Numbered from the stretch's first letter, positions 15,921 to 29,586 are shown. The stretch is 64,000 nt of DNA from Lepidodermella squamata (GCA_047495785.1 JBLDXI010000020.1:1426001-1490000); one strand, 5' to 3'. The notes: generated by a model not told the origin, from the sequence alone. Program-made: numbers and translations.

Positions 15921-17893
15921 GCTATTGAAGGTTGAGTGAAATCAAGCTGATGTAAAATTTAAAAGACAGTATCCTGCATGAAATCGGATGCAGCGTATAA
16001 GACTCGAATAAAAAATGAACTTGCATCTAGACAAAATATGATATGTTTATGTATACGACACATCCGCAATCCTTATCCTTCTCGTGATTGTTAGGAACCC
16101 AAAAGCTGATGGATTCTAGTGATTAGTAAATTTTACTCGGTCGATTTTGATGTTGAACGCGCCCCTTAAGAAATCAAAAGCACTGCCTCTTATAGCTGAC
16201 GTCAGCGCTTCACTAAGCATCAGCAACGTCCACTCTGTCATTAATGGGTGACGAATGAATGAAAGTTAATATTATTGATAATCGTGAAAACCGAGTGGAC
16301 TACCTAGAGATACCAGCTATCCCTGTGTGATTACAAGGCTGTGTTCTGAATATATCCTCTGCCGCTACTGCGAGCACGATGAAAATAACGATCACCAGTA
16401 ATTGTTTCTGACTGCCCCGACAATGCTGTCGCCAAATATTAAGTGGACAAGCGCTCTTTAATAAACTAATGAGACGAGAATCACGTTTCTTTTTTTAATT
16501 GTTACAACTGGTTAACAACGACAAAGTCGGTATTCAATTTTTGGATCTCGATGTCGTCGATAATAATTTTGAACCGTGATGGTGTTGCACGGACTTTGTT
16601 TTTCAAAGTTAGCTGTAAGCTGCTTAGCTTTCTAGCCACGTTACTACGATAGAAGTGTTTTATGCTCCTGATTCAGGTAGCAGATGTCCAAGTCCAAGTG
16701 TCATTTGGAGGCCATCATCGAGAGTAAGCAACATGGCACTCACAGTCGCAGAAGGCAGATGCTGCATGGAACTGTAGTTCCTTCAGTCTACAGCTGGTTT
16801 GATCTGAAGTTTTAGAGTATTCAAGTTCAAGTTAAAAGTGTACTTTTCACGAGCGTATTACAGTAAGGTCTGCAGAACCTCCTGACAACAAAGCTGGACA
16901 ATTCCGATTAGCCCATTGGAGCATTCAAATTTTCTTGAGCTTCTTGCAGAAATTAGTCACTCACGATTGAAGCAAGCTTTAGCTGCCGGTCTTTTTTCAT
17001 TTTCGCTCCGGAAATGCTTCAAATGAATTCAAAATTTACCGATAGTTTCCCGCTGCTCGGATAGGTATATTTCGTATAGGTAGTAGCGGAGTATATTTTT
17101 ACTATTCTAGGAATGATAAACTAGACAACGGATAGGTATGCAGACATTCTGCGATGATAACTGTGACACCCTGGGAATTCCGAACGCTCAGCCCTTACTA
17201 GACAATCAATTTTTCACGATTTTGGTCTGCGAGACGAATTTATCGCTCAAACGTTTTAAGTCTAACACATATCTCAAAAAACCAACAGAAGCTCAAAAAA
17301 GGGTTCATCGCTCAATTTATTCAGGTCAGCGTGAATTCTTTGATTATAGCGATTGGTACAGTATGTTTAGGGTATGCTAACCCATAAACTATACCTAAAA
17401 TCACGGAGATTTATACATCCTCTTGAATGTTTCGAGAGGCGGATCACATTGGAATCCCAGCGGGTAACAAGCATCGAAGCTCAACATTTTGATTCAGATC
17501 AATATTAAACGAAGTTGAAAAGCCTCAAACTTCGAAACTTTCAAAGTTATTGAAAGGCTTATGATACCTAACCCAAACTTCCTGCAATCTCACAGGTCGC
17601 AAATAATTCAGCTTTCAGTCGACTTGAAACAGTTCTGCGCACCTTTTGCTGCTCCCGTTTTATGTTGTCAATAAATGAAAGCTTTGTCTTTTCATCATTT
17701 CTTTTTGCGCAGTAGGAGGTACATTAGATGTAATGAATATCCGAACGCTAGTGACTTCAATGCAACATCATAATGAATTGAAACATCACCTTAAAGCAGC
17801 TACTCCTGAAAACATTCGGTTGCAGCTTTAATATGTAGGTAATATTAATGGGCCATCAGCTATCCTGAATTGGACTCGCTCGATTGGACTCAG

Positions 17894-18034
17894 TTAGAAG
17901 TTGGATTTCGGAAATTCTTTAATAGCTAATGACGATAACATGTCAATAAGCGAGAACATCTTCCCGCCATCGATGATAGCAAGCAAATCACACCCGTCCA
18001 GTTGAACAAATATCCTAGTTTTCCGCAGGGATGC
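17894..18034 (-). pseudogene. Possible degenerate retropepsin-type aspartic protease fragment (LTR-element remnant)
   Basis: Minus-strand translation FVQLDGCDLLAIIDGGKMFSLI resembles the V-x-I-N-G...A-L-I-D-[TS]-G-A pattern; it ends in a stop soon after. Confidence 0.25.
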
Positions 18035-20804
18035 CTAAAAATGAGAGATTTGCGTAATTCGATCCACAGAGTACCTAATACGTCTGAGAATGATCGATAA
18101 AAAATGATTGGACAAAAAATGAGAAACGATCATTTCATCGTTTATTCCTAACCAAGCTAGAAATGATTTCCCCGATATATTCATTCGGGTTTAACAAAGC
18201 ATAAACATGTATAATAAATTGAAAACTGCAACTTCGTATAGCTGTAACTAGAAAATATACATTTCATCAGAACATCAATGCACTTCCATTGCGATAAAAT
18301 ATAACAGACGGATAATTGACTCACGCGACGGTCGTTTGATTTTTCATTTTTTCCCTCGTCAATAGCGGTTTATCAGCGGGTGTTTGCTTTGAGAAGCCGA
18401 TTCTTTATACGCAGAATATAATTCATATCGAGAGCAAGTAAAAATCATTACTATAGATTGGCTTTGCGCGGGACATGTTATACAAAAAATATTTATTTTC
18501 AAATTAGCCGATATTATGTATTTTTACGATGGATCTGCTGTCATTTTTAACCGACCAAATTTTCTAGCATCTGTTTTATTAACACACACGCGAAGTTGTA
18601 GGCGATCCTCCAACACTGAAGAGGCGATGTCCAACATAAATCCGACCAAAATATCACCACTATGGTTAGAATAACGTTGCGCTATTGATATGTTATATGC
18701 AATTGACATAACTGCCAGTTCACCTAATATTAATACTTCATGACGGGAAAACAGTGAGCACCACGATGCGCGCATACAAATGCGAAACCGTTTTTTCTGG
18801 AGTCGGTGTGCACACATCATCAGCTCGCATTAGCCAATCATCATAAGTAGCGCATTATAGCCGCGCGATATTTCGCAGCAATAATTTATTCCGAAAATGT
18901 CTCAATACGTCAATGCAGATTTTCCCTTGATAAAATTGAAATAGCTGGAGTTGTCCGTCCAGGACAAATTTAGATTGGCTATTATTTTTCAAAAAATTCG
19001 TTGCGTGTTTCTGACATACTTCATTCCTAGTTATTTTTGCGTGCATTCATTTGAACGCGATCAACCTCTTATTCCTAGCTCCGTGCAAATGAAGATTCAG
19101 CGGCTCGTCGGATCGCGACTTTATTCAAGTGTATTAGCTAGGTACCTCTGAATCCTTGAATTTAGGCTGGAAAATTTCAACTATTCGCTGTTCGGAAACA
19201 TCCCGGAATATTCATTCTGTGCACTCTCACTTTCATGAGGAAATTAGCCAAAGATTTATAGCTTGTCCATGGCCAATAGCGAAACACGAAGCCTGAGATT
19301 GATGATATGGCGTTCTTTGCTTCGTTTTAGCCACGATCTTCGTTTTTTATTGCTATGTCTTTCAAAGCCATGCGCGGTGAATAAGTGCGCCCATTTAACG
19401 CGCCAAAACTACAGAGCACCTCGATGCATATCGTTCTGCTACAGCTTGTAGCTTGAAGTTGTCTAAGATAAATATTATCCAACATAAAGGAGAGCTATTC
19501 TTTCGCTTTTTTTGGTCCCGAGATAATCGTTGGTTTTTTACTACAACCGCGTATCGCGTTACCATATACGCAGCCGGTGTTTGGCGATGATTGCGATTCA
19601 TTATCACAGTAGATGGAGGCGCGGAGTTTTCTTCGAGCAATACGATTATTATTTCTTTATACATTATACTTCCGTCTGTAGAGTATTCCAGTATAGCGAA
19701 AAATGCGCTCGTTGCAATTTGCGATTCCACGTAGACACATGCACATGTTTATAGGCTCGAAATGCCCAAACCTTAAGCTTTTCCGCTATTTCGAGTATTT
19801 TAGCTTTGAAGACCATTTAATATTACGATTTGACCGTAATTTACTTTTGATTATGAACATGCAGAAAAACCGTATCATTCTGGTATGTTATCGCATCATC
19901 TGCTCTGGCCGCCATGAGGAAGAAATCTAACGAAGAACGCGCGTTTTTTACAAATTGTTCGGTGCTGGGAATAATTGAAGCAAATTAAAGGCGGCCGATG
20001 CGCAGGTAGATTGCGGGCTCGTTTACTAAGCGGGTTGTATTATATTCTTGGTTAAAGCTATTTCTTGTTAATACTGGTATCAGAAGATGCCATCATGCCA
20101 TTCGTTATAAATTTCCCTTTATATGTTGGGAATCTGACCTGGAAAAAGAATGTTTTCTTGACATTTTATTTTCCCATCGCAAGATGCTCCGATGTTACGG
20201 CTATTTTTGGTAACCTTTGGTCATTCGGCGCGAAATCATTGGTCAATTAGCTGTGGCGATCGAAAACCCTAATTGCCAATCTGCTTGTAAAATGTCGGAA
20301 AATCCTACATTTTTTTACAACGGTCTGATGCATTTGCAAATTAGAAACCCAGTGATATGCGTATGATATTTATCCCGAAATAGCGTCGCGACCCGTTGGG
20401 AACTTGGCTTGCCCTTCCGACAAAAAACTCCGTTGTAAAAACGAACTTACATATCACAGTAATCTCCGTAATAGCGTGGCTTCTTCTCGACAGTAGTTTG
20501 CGAAAGCGATGATAGGCTAGACATAATGCATGTGATAAGCGTCAATCGATTTTCTGAAAAAATGCCCTCTGGAAAAACAATATTTTGTGGATACCTATAT
20601 AGTAAAAAATGAAACAAATATGAATCAATAACATAATTCAATAGATTTAGCTGCGACTACTCATCTTATTTACGAATACTTATAAGCCAACTATTTTCCG
20701 TCGACAGTATTAATAAAAATAGCGACCCAATTTTTAGACGTTTCGATCAAGAGCAACTTCACTATACATACATACTGGTATGGTCAAAAATTGATAACAA
20801 TTAA

Positions 20805-22559
20805 ATGACACAGCCTGCGTCATTTTTATCGACAACCAAACGCTCAATTTTAACGAATGCCACGAAAGTTGCATCGAAAACGACGATTGCGAAAGCATCT
20901 CGAGCTTCGTCACTGCTATCATCGACAGTTTCCCGAACAACTCGATCTGTTACTATAGCCGCTTCGACAACACCTATAACCGTTTACAGCAATCGATTTA
21001 TTACCGGAAGCAATGGCATCGCTTTCCCGGGCAACAATATGACAGATTACGGGTTGAACTCATTCGATTGGAGTAATACAACACAAGTCGAGACGACTGA
21101 ACAAGACGTATCATCTCCTTCCTTCAGTGATGAATTCCGAGGATTCCTCATAGCCTGCTACACGCTCTCTTGCATCTTGGCCGTTGCCGGCAATATCATG
21201 TGCGTCATTGTTTTCGTCGAACAACGAAGAAGATCAAACCAGCCTGAGACTTTCACATATCTTATCAACTTGGCGGTCTGTGACATTCTCATGGCCGTAT
21301 TTTGCGTAATTAATAGCATGATTTTGTTGCAAAATGCGAATTTTCTCTTCTTATTGCAGATTCCTTTCACTGCCATCAATTTTCTCTATCAATGGATCTT
21401 CCCACGTATGATTTTTCTCATTATTTGCAAGTTGATTTATGGGAAATCTTTATTTTTCAGATTTTCTTTGCCCATTGGTCTTATTTTGCCAAATGTGCTT
21501 CGTCATCGCCTCAATAGGAACAAACATATGCATATCCTTGCATCGGTTAAACGGCATTTTACGTCCTCTAGATCTATCCTCTCACAGTAAGGCTTCCAAA
21601 AAATTGACCTGCCTTACACATTTTGGAAAATTACTTAGGTAACCTGGTGACAACCAGTATTTTAGGAGTTTGGCTTTTAGCTGCATGCGTCAGCACGGTG
21701 AATTTTGCAATCGGTGGCGTCAATCCGCAATCGAATCAATGCGGTGAAATCAATTTTATCGAAGGCTACGAAGCTTTATGGCAGTACGCCGTCAGTACTT
21801 TGATGCTTTTCTTGCCCATGGTTTGTCAACTTTTTATGCCGCGAATTTCGAAATTATTTTTCCGAAACTTTAGACTGTGATCATCTTAGTTTATAGCGGA
21901 ATCGGATACATTTTGTTCTGCAGACCTAGTGGCTTGGGACCCGTCCCAACTGCTAATGTTACCAAGCGTCCGAACTCCAAAGTTGCCGTGAAAGAGGATA
22001 GACGACTTGACGACAGAAGAAAGGTTTTTACTTCGCATTGAACTTTGATTCATTTTAATTAGCTTTTTCTTAGCTCATCGTCACCTTATTTTGCGTTGCA
22101 TTATGCTTCTGTATTGGCTGGAGCCCTATACACATATTTTTTATCGCCATAACAATGGACCCGTCCCTGCAAGAGCATGAAGCTGCTCTGTACATTTACG
22201 CGCTTTGGTAAGTATAACGCAGCCTATAAAACAATTTTATTAATATTTCCCTAAAATTAAGTCATATCATCGCGATGTCCCACTCTTTTCACAACCCGGT
22301 GGTCTACCTCTGCAGCAAACATTTTCGGGTAAGCCCTAAATAGCTATCATTGTTGAGGAAATAGGAAATTATCAATATGCCACTTTAGGATACTCTGTTC
22401 AACCTTGGTAGAGGAAGGCGGCGAAGAGCGGTAACCGAAAGGATCAGGAGTGGCACACATCACGAGAGGTCTTGCCTCAATCAGTCCGAAATCACGTCAT
22501 CAAACCACGTCACGCATGAGCGCAATAACATGCGCCTGAATAGCCATTCTTCAAGCTGA
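20805..22559 (+). CDS. Rhodopsin-family neuropeptide-type GPCR (loosely RYamide/luqin/GPR83-like), paralog 1, ~8 exons
   Basis: S/T-rich N-terminus; TM1 GN; TM2 YLINLAVCD; TM6 FCIGWSP; TM7 CHIIAMSHSFHNPVVY; short GT-AG introns. Confidence 0.85.
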
Positions 22560-23248
22560 AAGGCCATTTATATTTTATATAAAGTCACGCAGTTTTCTAG
22601 AACTTTTTGGCTTTTTACGCATTGAAAACACATTTATATTACGTTTGAAAATGCGGGGTTTTTGCTGAAGCAAGCTTTTAGCTATCTAGTCTGCGATTGG
22701 TGCAAATTATACCGGATATTAAATTACCTAATTATTCGTGAGGGTATGAATATCGGAATGCGAATGACAATTTTGTAAATAAAGAATTTCGGTGAAGCCT
22801 AAAAGCGAATCAACGAATGGTTCAATGATTTCAAGAATCTCATGTGTCCCAATTAACCTGTCAGCATCTTGTCAGCGGGCATCCTGAAAATGAAAAATTC
22901 AAAAACCTTTTTAATAAGATTATCTTAAGCTAAGGTTGATTACCTAATATCTATACTCAAGTTATATATTTTGCACTTGAAGCCTGCTTTTTGCGATAAA
23001 AAAGCCTGAAGCCCACTATAATGTAAACCATAGCCTGAACAAGTGGATTAGCGGACATAGCATTTGCTGGTGTTCTCATAATTATATACTTGCACAGAGT
23101 GATTTAGTTCTCATTCGCGTGTTGAGTTGAGTTATCCACACCTGGCAAATCACACGCAATAAAAAGAAAGTTTCACGCATATTTCTCGGCATGAATAATC
23201 TTTTGATCATAGCTTTCTTGGTCTTAGAATAAATTGCAAGCTAGAACA

Positions 23249-24888
23249 ATGAATGAGCATGTGAACCTGAGCGATTTAATTTCAACAACTCTAATAACGG
23301 GTAGTGGCGAAAGTGCGCCCCTGGAAGCCCATGACAAGGTGATTGGGGTGAACATTTCCCAGCCTGAAGCCGCCCAATTCAGCGATGATTTTCGAATTGT
23401 ACTCATAACAATATATTCCCTACTCTGCCTCCTCTCTGTGATGGGAAACATTGTCAGCATTCTCGTTTTTCTAAAGCAACGGAAGACTTTGCGACAAAAT
23501 GACGTACGCATCCTGCAGCTCTTCCTTATGAACATCCATTCCTTACGGCTGTTTTAACAGATATCACTCTATCTCATCAACTTGGCTGTTTGCGACCTCT
23601 TCATGGGACTGTTTTGTGTAAGAGGCTGATTTTAATATTTGAGCAACTATAGCTATAATCGTTTTCATACTTCTGACAGATTCCTTTTACAGTATATGGT
23701 TTATTGGACGAGTGGTCCTTGCCGGGTAAGTTTCGCCTTTGAAACAATTCCCGCTGTATTTTGTCCCATACCGTGATAGAAACCTTGTGCAAAGCGGTGC
23801 TGGCTGGCCAGATATTATTTGTGATGGCTTCTGTTTCAACTAACGTTGTGATAGCGCTTCAAAGGCTCAAACTAATAATGGACCCCCTCGATCAGTCATC
23901 TCACAGTATGATTCTGCCTAAGATCCTATCATTTACACTGTATACACCGATATTTTATCAAAAGAACTTCGCTTGCTTGTCAGTTTTGCAGCAATATGGC
24001 TGACGGCATTGGGGACTAGCGGGATCGAATTTTCAGTCGGTGGCGTCAACGAGCACAAAAAATGCAGCAATATAGGCAGCTACAATGCTCCAAACGAGAA
24101 CATATGGCTGTTGGCATGGGTGGTATTCGTACCAATCCTAACCCTGCTCGTTCCCACTGTAATTTTTTGTGACAAGTTCCCCAACTGGGTTGAGGAATTA
24201 CTCTGATTTTCGAATTCAGATAATAATTCTATCTGTGTATGGATGGAGCGCCCATTTACTGCAACATGCATCGAACGAAACGCCCCTGACCACATCTTAT
24301 AACGATAGAGGAGATGACAAGAAAAGGGTTAGTAGGGCCCATTGAAAGGTTTCATATAAGGCTCTATTTTTTCCTTAGGTAACAATCACGTTGTTCTGCG
24401 TTGCTGCTTGTTTTTGCATAAGCTGGATTCCGTTACACCTATTCAGCATTGTCACTTTGGTATTTCCTGAATTGGAACGTTCTCCTGTAGCTAAATACGC
24501 TTTCATTATATGGTAAATTACTTATACCTATCGAATATCATTCTGTAGTTCCATTTATTTATATGCCAGCCACGTTGCTGCTATGTCGCATTCGTTCCAG
24601 AATCCCATAATATTTCTTATATCAAGTCGGCAATTTCGCGTAAGTTATCAAATGCTCTAAGCATCGCTGTGTAACATCCCTCGTTTTACCAGCGTACCTT
24701 GGTTCTCCTGCTATCAAGGAAGAGCCTCAAAAAAGGCTTTATTTTACGGTTAGGACATTGGAACAGGGAAGAAGTATGTACCTAACCTGCACTATTACTA
24801 TATTTCATTAAAAATAATTATCGCGCAGAGATCGGCCTCCATCAAGCGCCAAATGCATAATCGATCGTACGAGCTGAGCTCTGTTTGA
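23249..24888 (+). CDS. Rhodopsin-family neuropeptide-type GPCR, tandem paralog 2, ~10 exons
   Basis: TM1 MGN; YLINLAVCD; FCISWIPLH; CHVAAMSHSFQNPIIF. Intron positions shared with the upstream paralog. Confidence 0.85.
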
Positions 24889-25214
24889 AGAAGCAGATTC
24901 TTCACGGCCGATACAGCGTCTAGCATGCGGAAAATTATCTAAGCAACTAGCGATGTTCTCTGCATTCTTTGTTTTATTTTGTGAGTTGTGCCTGAGAACC
25001 TTAAGGTCTCCTTAGAATAAGATGCTCGATGAATAAATTTCATCAGGGTTGAGATCGCTTCGAGAGCTTGTGTCGTAATGTAAGTGAATGAATGGAAAAT
25101 AATTAGCTCCGCCATTCGATTAGCCCGAGTTGTATTTTGCTAAAGGAAGTCAGTTCATTATGCCTCTCATTGCTGATCACAGAGTCACATAAGCTAGGCA
25201 GGATCAAGTGATGT

Positions 25215-25439
25215 TAAGTACCGGATGCTGAACTTCTGACTTCTCCATAATAATTTTCTCGCGCCGTCGAACCATTTTTTGCAAATGCTAAATATAGTAA
25301 CAAAATCTTCAATGTATAGTGATTTGCTGTAAATCTAAAGCTAAAAATAGAACGTGTTGTTACTTTTGGCATTGCAAAAAACGGATCGACGGCGCGAGAA
25401 AATTATTATGGTGATCAGTAGCTCTGCATCCGGTACTTA
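25215..25439. mobile_element. Fold-back MITE-like element with ~90-bp imperfect inverted arms and TA ends
   Basis: taagtaccggatgc...ccataataattttctcgcgccgtcga...tttttgcaa is mirrored by ttgcaaaaaa...tcgacggcgcgagaaaattattatgg...gcatccggtactta. Confidence 0.8.
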
Positions 25440-25503
25440 CTTGGGCAGGATGACCAATCAATGACGATCAATCCCTTTACTGAACTCTATCATCATCCAG
25501 AGA

Positions 25504-25841
25504 ATTTCTTAGATATTCATTATCAGAGAATTATACTGGGAAAATATTCCCTGAAAAGAATGCATGGCCTAAAGGTTGGCTATTATTGGGAGCCACAAGC
25601 CCGTGAACTGTGGTCTGCAGTTTCTTGAAAAAGTTGCGCCTTGAAAAAGTTCAGAAAAGACGTTGCTGGTGTGTGCTTGTGTGCTCTGACATTAACTCGC
25701 CAGTAATGACGGAGTATTGTGGCTTGGTTAAATTGGTCAACTACCGCTGGACAATTGTTGGTCCACTGAGAAGAACGCAGAACGTAGAACGCAGAAGGCA
25801 GAACGCGCAGAACGCAGAACAAAAAATAAAAAAACATGCGG
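25504..25841. repeat. Left copy (338 bp) of direct repeat flanking the LINE; putative giant target-site duplication
   Basis: Identical by eye to 30995-31333 apart from one A in a homopolymer run. Confidence 0.95.
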
Positions 25842-25963
25842 CCAATGCCAATGCCAATGATTTATTGCCGAGACCAGTCGACAACACCAGGTTATAAAAA
25901 TATAGAAGAAAAAAGGAAAAAAGCAAAATTAGGCAGATATAACACAGCAGCTTTGCAGCGAGG

Positions 25964-28900
25964 TCAAGTTGAGATGACTAATTTGTTTTTCAAAAGCAGA
26001 AGTTGTTCTAAGGCATATTTTAAATACGCGTCCCTTTCGGGGTCATCTGATTCGGACATGTTGAAGAGGTGAGCGAGCTTCTCTTCGGTGTAGCCATTCC
26101 TGGTGCTGGAGCGAAAAGGTACCATTTGATCAGCGGTGGTATGACATTCTAGCAGGAGGTGGCAAATTAGCCGCCATCCCCGGCCTTTTCCCTCGAACTG
26201 TAGTGGCTGGTGGCAGGCAAGACACACGCCCGGTCGTTGGAACTGTGCGGGCTTGAAGAGAGAATCGCATCGAATTGCCAGTAGCGTCTTCGCTGCTGTC
26301 AGTGGTAACTGGCTGAAATAGATTTCCGCTGCGCCTTTAGGCCTATGGGGTCCGAAAAACAGGTGGTCAGCGGGGTAGTAGGCCGCCAAAGAGTCGACAA
26401 GGCGTTGCTCTTGAGCGAGTAGGAGGTGCCGTTGAACCAGCGACGTTTTAATGTGCGCCGGGATTTCGAGGCGGCCGACTACGTCCAAGTCAAGCTCGCG
26501 AAGGAGTTTCTCCGCGCGCTGCACGAGGTTACGAGCTGTGTCCCCCATCCACTGCATAGCAGTGAATGCATTGCCCAACAGGCTGTGTCCGCTTCGTTGA
26601 GTCGAAAGTAGTGGCGCAGGCAGGCAACTTGGTGCGCCGTTTTGGGTGGCAGCAGGTTGAAGTCCCGCAAAAGAAGATCGTGCTTTGAGGCCTGCGGCAA
26701 ACCCAGACATTTCTTTGCGAAGCGAGCGTGATCCTGCAGCTCCTTCGAACCCGCGAAGAGCCCCCATAACTCGGCGCCGTAAGTGTAGGCGCCGAGCGCA
26801 CAGCCGTTGTAGAGGGCACGCAGGGCTGGCAGCGGGAACGAGCGGATATCCTCGAACATCGTAGGTATGACGGCGACAGTTCGCTGCAACTTGCTTCTGG
26901 CTTCTTTCACCGCTTTTCGATAGAGCAGGCGGGAATCGAGCCAAACGCCAAGGTACTTGAATGAGTCCACCCGCTCCAATTTATCACCTTTGAGGTAGAA
27001 CTCGCCGGCGGTGAGCGACGGTGACTTTTCAAACGCCATGACTTTGGATTTACTCACATTGATCGTGAGACCATTGTCTGCGGCGTAGCGTTCAAGCTCG
27101 TTCAAGTACAGCTGCAGTTCGGCGGCCGACTCCGCGACAATTGCGACGTCGTCGGCGTACAGAATCGCCCGGATGATTCTGTGACCCAGTTGTAGGCCGC
27201 GGCCGCCAGTCCGGTCCAGTCGATCCACCAGGTCATCGATGAAGATGCTGAAGAGCAAGGGCGACAATGGGTCACCCTGCTTGACCCCGATGGAGACAGG
27301 AAAGGACTCGCTGAACTCGCCGTTCGAGAACACTACGGCGTTGCAGCCCGTGTACATGTCGCCGATGACGCGGACGAAGGCCTCGGGGACGCCGCGCCGA
27401 CGTAGCTTGCCCAGCAGTAGGCGGTGCGAGACTGTATCGAAGGCAGCGCTGAAGGCACAGTGGACAGCCTCGTGTCGCAGCCGCTCCAGGGCGAAAGCTA
27501 CAGCGGTGTGGATGACGGTTACCGCGTCGATAGCAGAGGCGCCAGGCACAAATCCGAATTGCTCCGTCCTCAGTGGGGAGAAAAGGGCTAGCCACTTTCG
27601 TAGCCGTTTTTCGCACACCCTAGAAAATAATTTCGCAACGCAATTTTGTAGACAGATTGGCCTGTAATTCTCTACATCCGACCTGTTGCCCTTCTTGTAG
27701 ATGGGGCAGATGATGGCATCTTTCCAATTAGGCGGGAACGCCCCTTCGCAGAACACCCGCGTGTAGAGCGAGGCCAGGTACGGGGCGAGTGATTCAACGT
27801 TGTCCCGGATGTCGGCGAAAGACAGGCCGTCAGGACCAGCGGCCGAGTGGGCGTTGCAGGCTGAGAGGCAGGCACGCACTTCGTCTTCGGAAACCGGTCC
27901 CACCAGCATACCCTCTTTTGTGGGCGCTGTCTCGGCTGTAAGCGGTGGTTCCCCTTTGCTGTAACTTTTCCACCGCCAAAAACTGTCCGTGTCCGATGAG
28001 TAATATCGCGGCGGGCAGAGGTAGCGGTCCCAATAGGCCATGTCGCGGAGCGAGGAGAGGCTCACCGGTGTTTCTCCCGACAATACACGCCATCTCATAG
28101 CCATGTCGTCTGGCGCTAGCTTGAACTTGAACAGGTTAGTTGTCGCCATGCCCCAGAGCGAACTAAGCGGTGGGATCTTGCAAGCCGGTGAAGGGGGTAC
28201 TGCCTCGACAGGCGGGGGAAGGATGCCTTGAACCAGTAGTCTGAGAAGGTAGGCACGATAGGCAACAGCCGGCGGACCCGTACCATCCGGTTCACGGACT
28301 TTCTTCTGCCAGATCTTTGTCGGCTCCCGAAGAAGTTCTTCGAAGACTTGTTGATCCTCTCGCGAGGGCGATTTCGGGGAGTCGACCGGTCGAAGAGTGA
28401 AGCCGGTCGGGCGCTGAGCGAGTGTCCTCACCCCCGTAGGAAGCCGGGGGAATCGTGGGGCGAGAGGCTTTGAGCAAGCGACCGTGATTGCTTGGAGTTG
28501 CTCGGCCATCACCTGGGCTGAGTGGAAAGAGGCACAATCAAGTTCTGAAGAAAGTTTCACAGACAGCTTAGCTTTATTTATGCGAAGTCTGGTAGGCACC
28601 TGAGGGACCGATCTAACCGCGATGGTTGCGGTTATCCGGGCGTGATCGGTGTGCTCAGAGCACCTCTCAACTTCGAACGCGTGGATGGACTGGGCTAAGC
28701 TGACCGAGGCTAGGCCGTAGTCGATCACCGAGTCGCCGAGAACTGAGAAGTGGGTGTATGACCCGCGGCTGTCGGGCTCGTAGCGGCCGTTGAGAACGAA
28801 AGTGTTGAAACGCTCGATGAAAGAGACGAAGCGGCTGGCCTCGTGGGTCCCATAATCGAGACTGTGGCGTGCTGGGATTGACGAGCAGTCCGGTACGTCA

Positions 28901-29586
28901 CGTAGGTTGCCGATGCGGCAGTTAAAGTCACCGAGGATCAAGAGTTCCGCCTTTCCACCGAGCTTGAGCAGTGCGTCCTCGATTTGACTTTCGAGATTCT
29001 CGAGCAGATCGACGTGCTTCTGCAGGGTGGAGTCTGTAGGCACGTAGGCGAAGACCAAGAGGAAGACAGCCCCGTCGGGCATACACCAGGAAAACATCGC
29101 TGTGTAGGCGTCCTTGTAGTGTATTACCAGGCTGTCGACTAGTTCGCCCTTGATGAAGATGTTGTAGCCGCCAGACTTCCTTCCACCGGCGAGCGACACA
29201 CCGTCGACTTCCACGATCTTCTCGTAGCCTTTGACGGTCAGGTGAGGGGCTAGGCCGTGAGTTTCAGCCAAGGCTAGCATGAGGAGACCGTCGACTGCCT
29301 TGCACAGGTCGGTCACTGGGAAAGACGATGCGCCTTGTACGTTCAGGAAGCCGAGACGGTGTTCGCCGATGGGTAGGACCTTGTGGGGAGAAAGGTTCAG
29401 AGCAGTATTAAAATGCCTAAAGGACTTAGCTATTCTTTTGTGAAGGACTCGGTCCCGCCTAGGTGGCGCCACCTCAGGAGGATCCGGCAGTAGTGGCTGA
29501 GGCGGAAGAGATGGCGCCGGCGGTTCGGTCACTTCAGTCGAGCTGTTAGGTATAGCTAAGTCCGGCTGCGAGCTGCTGGTTGATTC
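25964..29586 (-). pseudogene. LINE ORF2 (APE endonuclease + reverse transcriptase), disrupted in this copy
   Basis: Frame is open from directly after the ORF1 TAG to 26479. The C-terminus continues in another frame to 25964 (frameshift near 26585). RT motif A reads CAFSAAFD and lacks the first catalytic Asp. Confidence 0.85.

Noticed and set aside
25769-25820. CRISPR-like array
   Set aside because: 7-bp tandem units without spacers, eukaryotic context, no cas genes.
25583-25897. Short ORFs in the direct repeats (also 31074-31358)
   Set aside because: Low-complexity translations of the heptamer array; they recur only because the DNA is duplicated.
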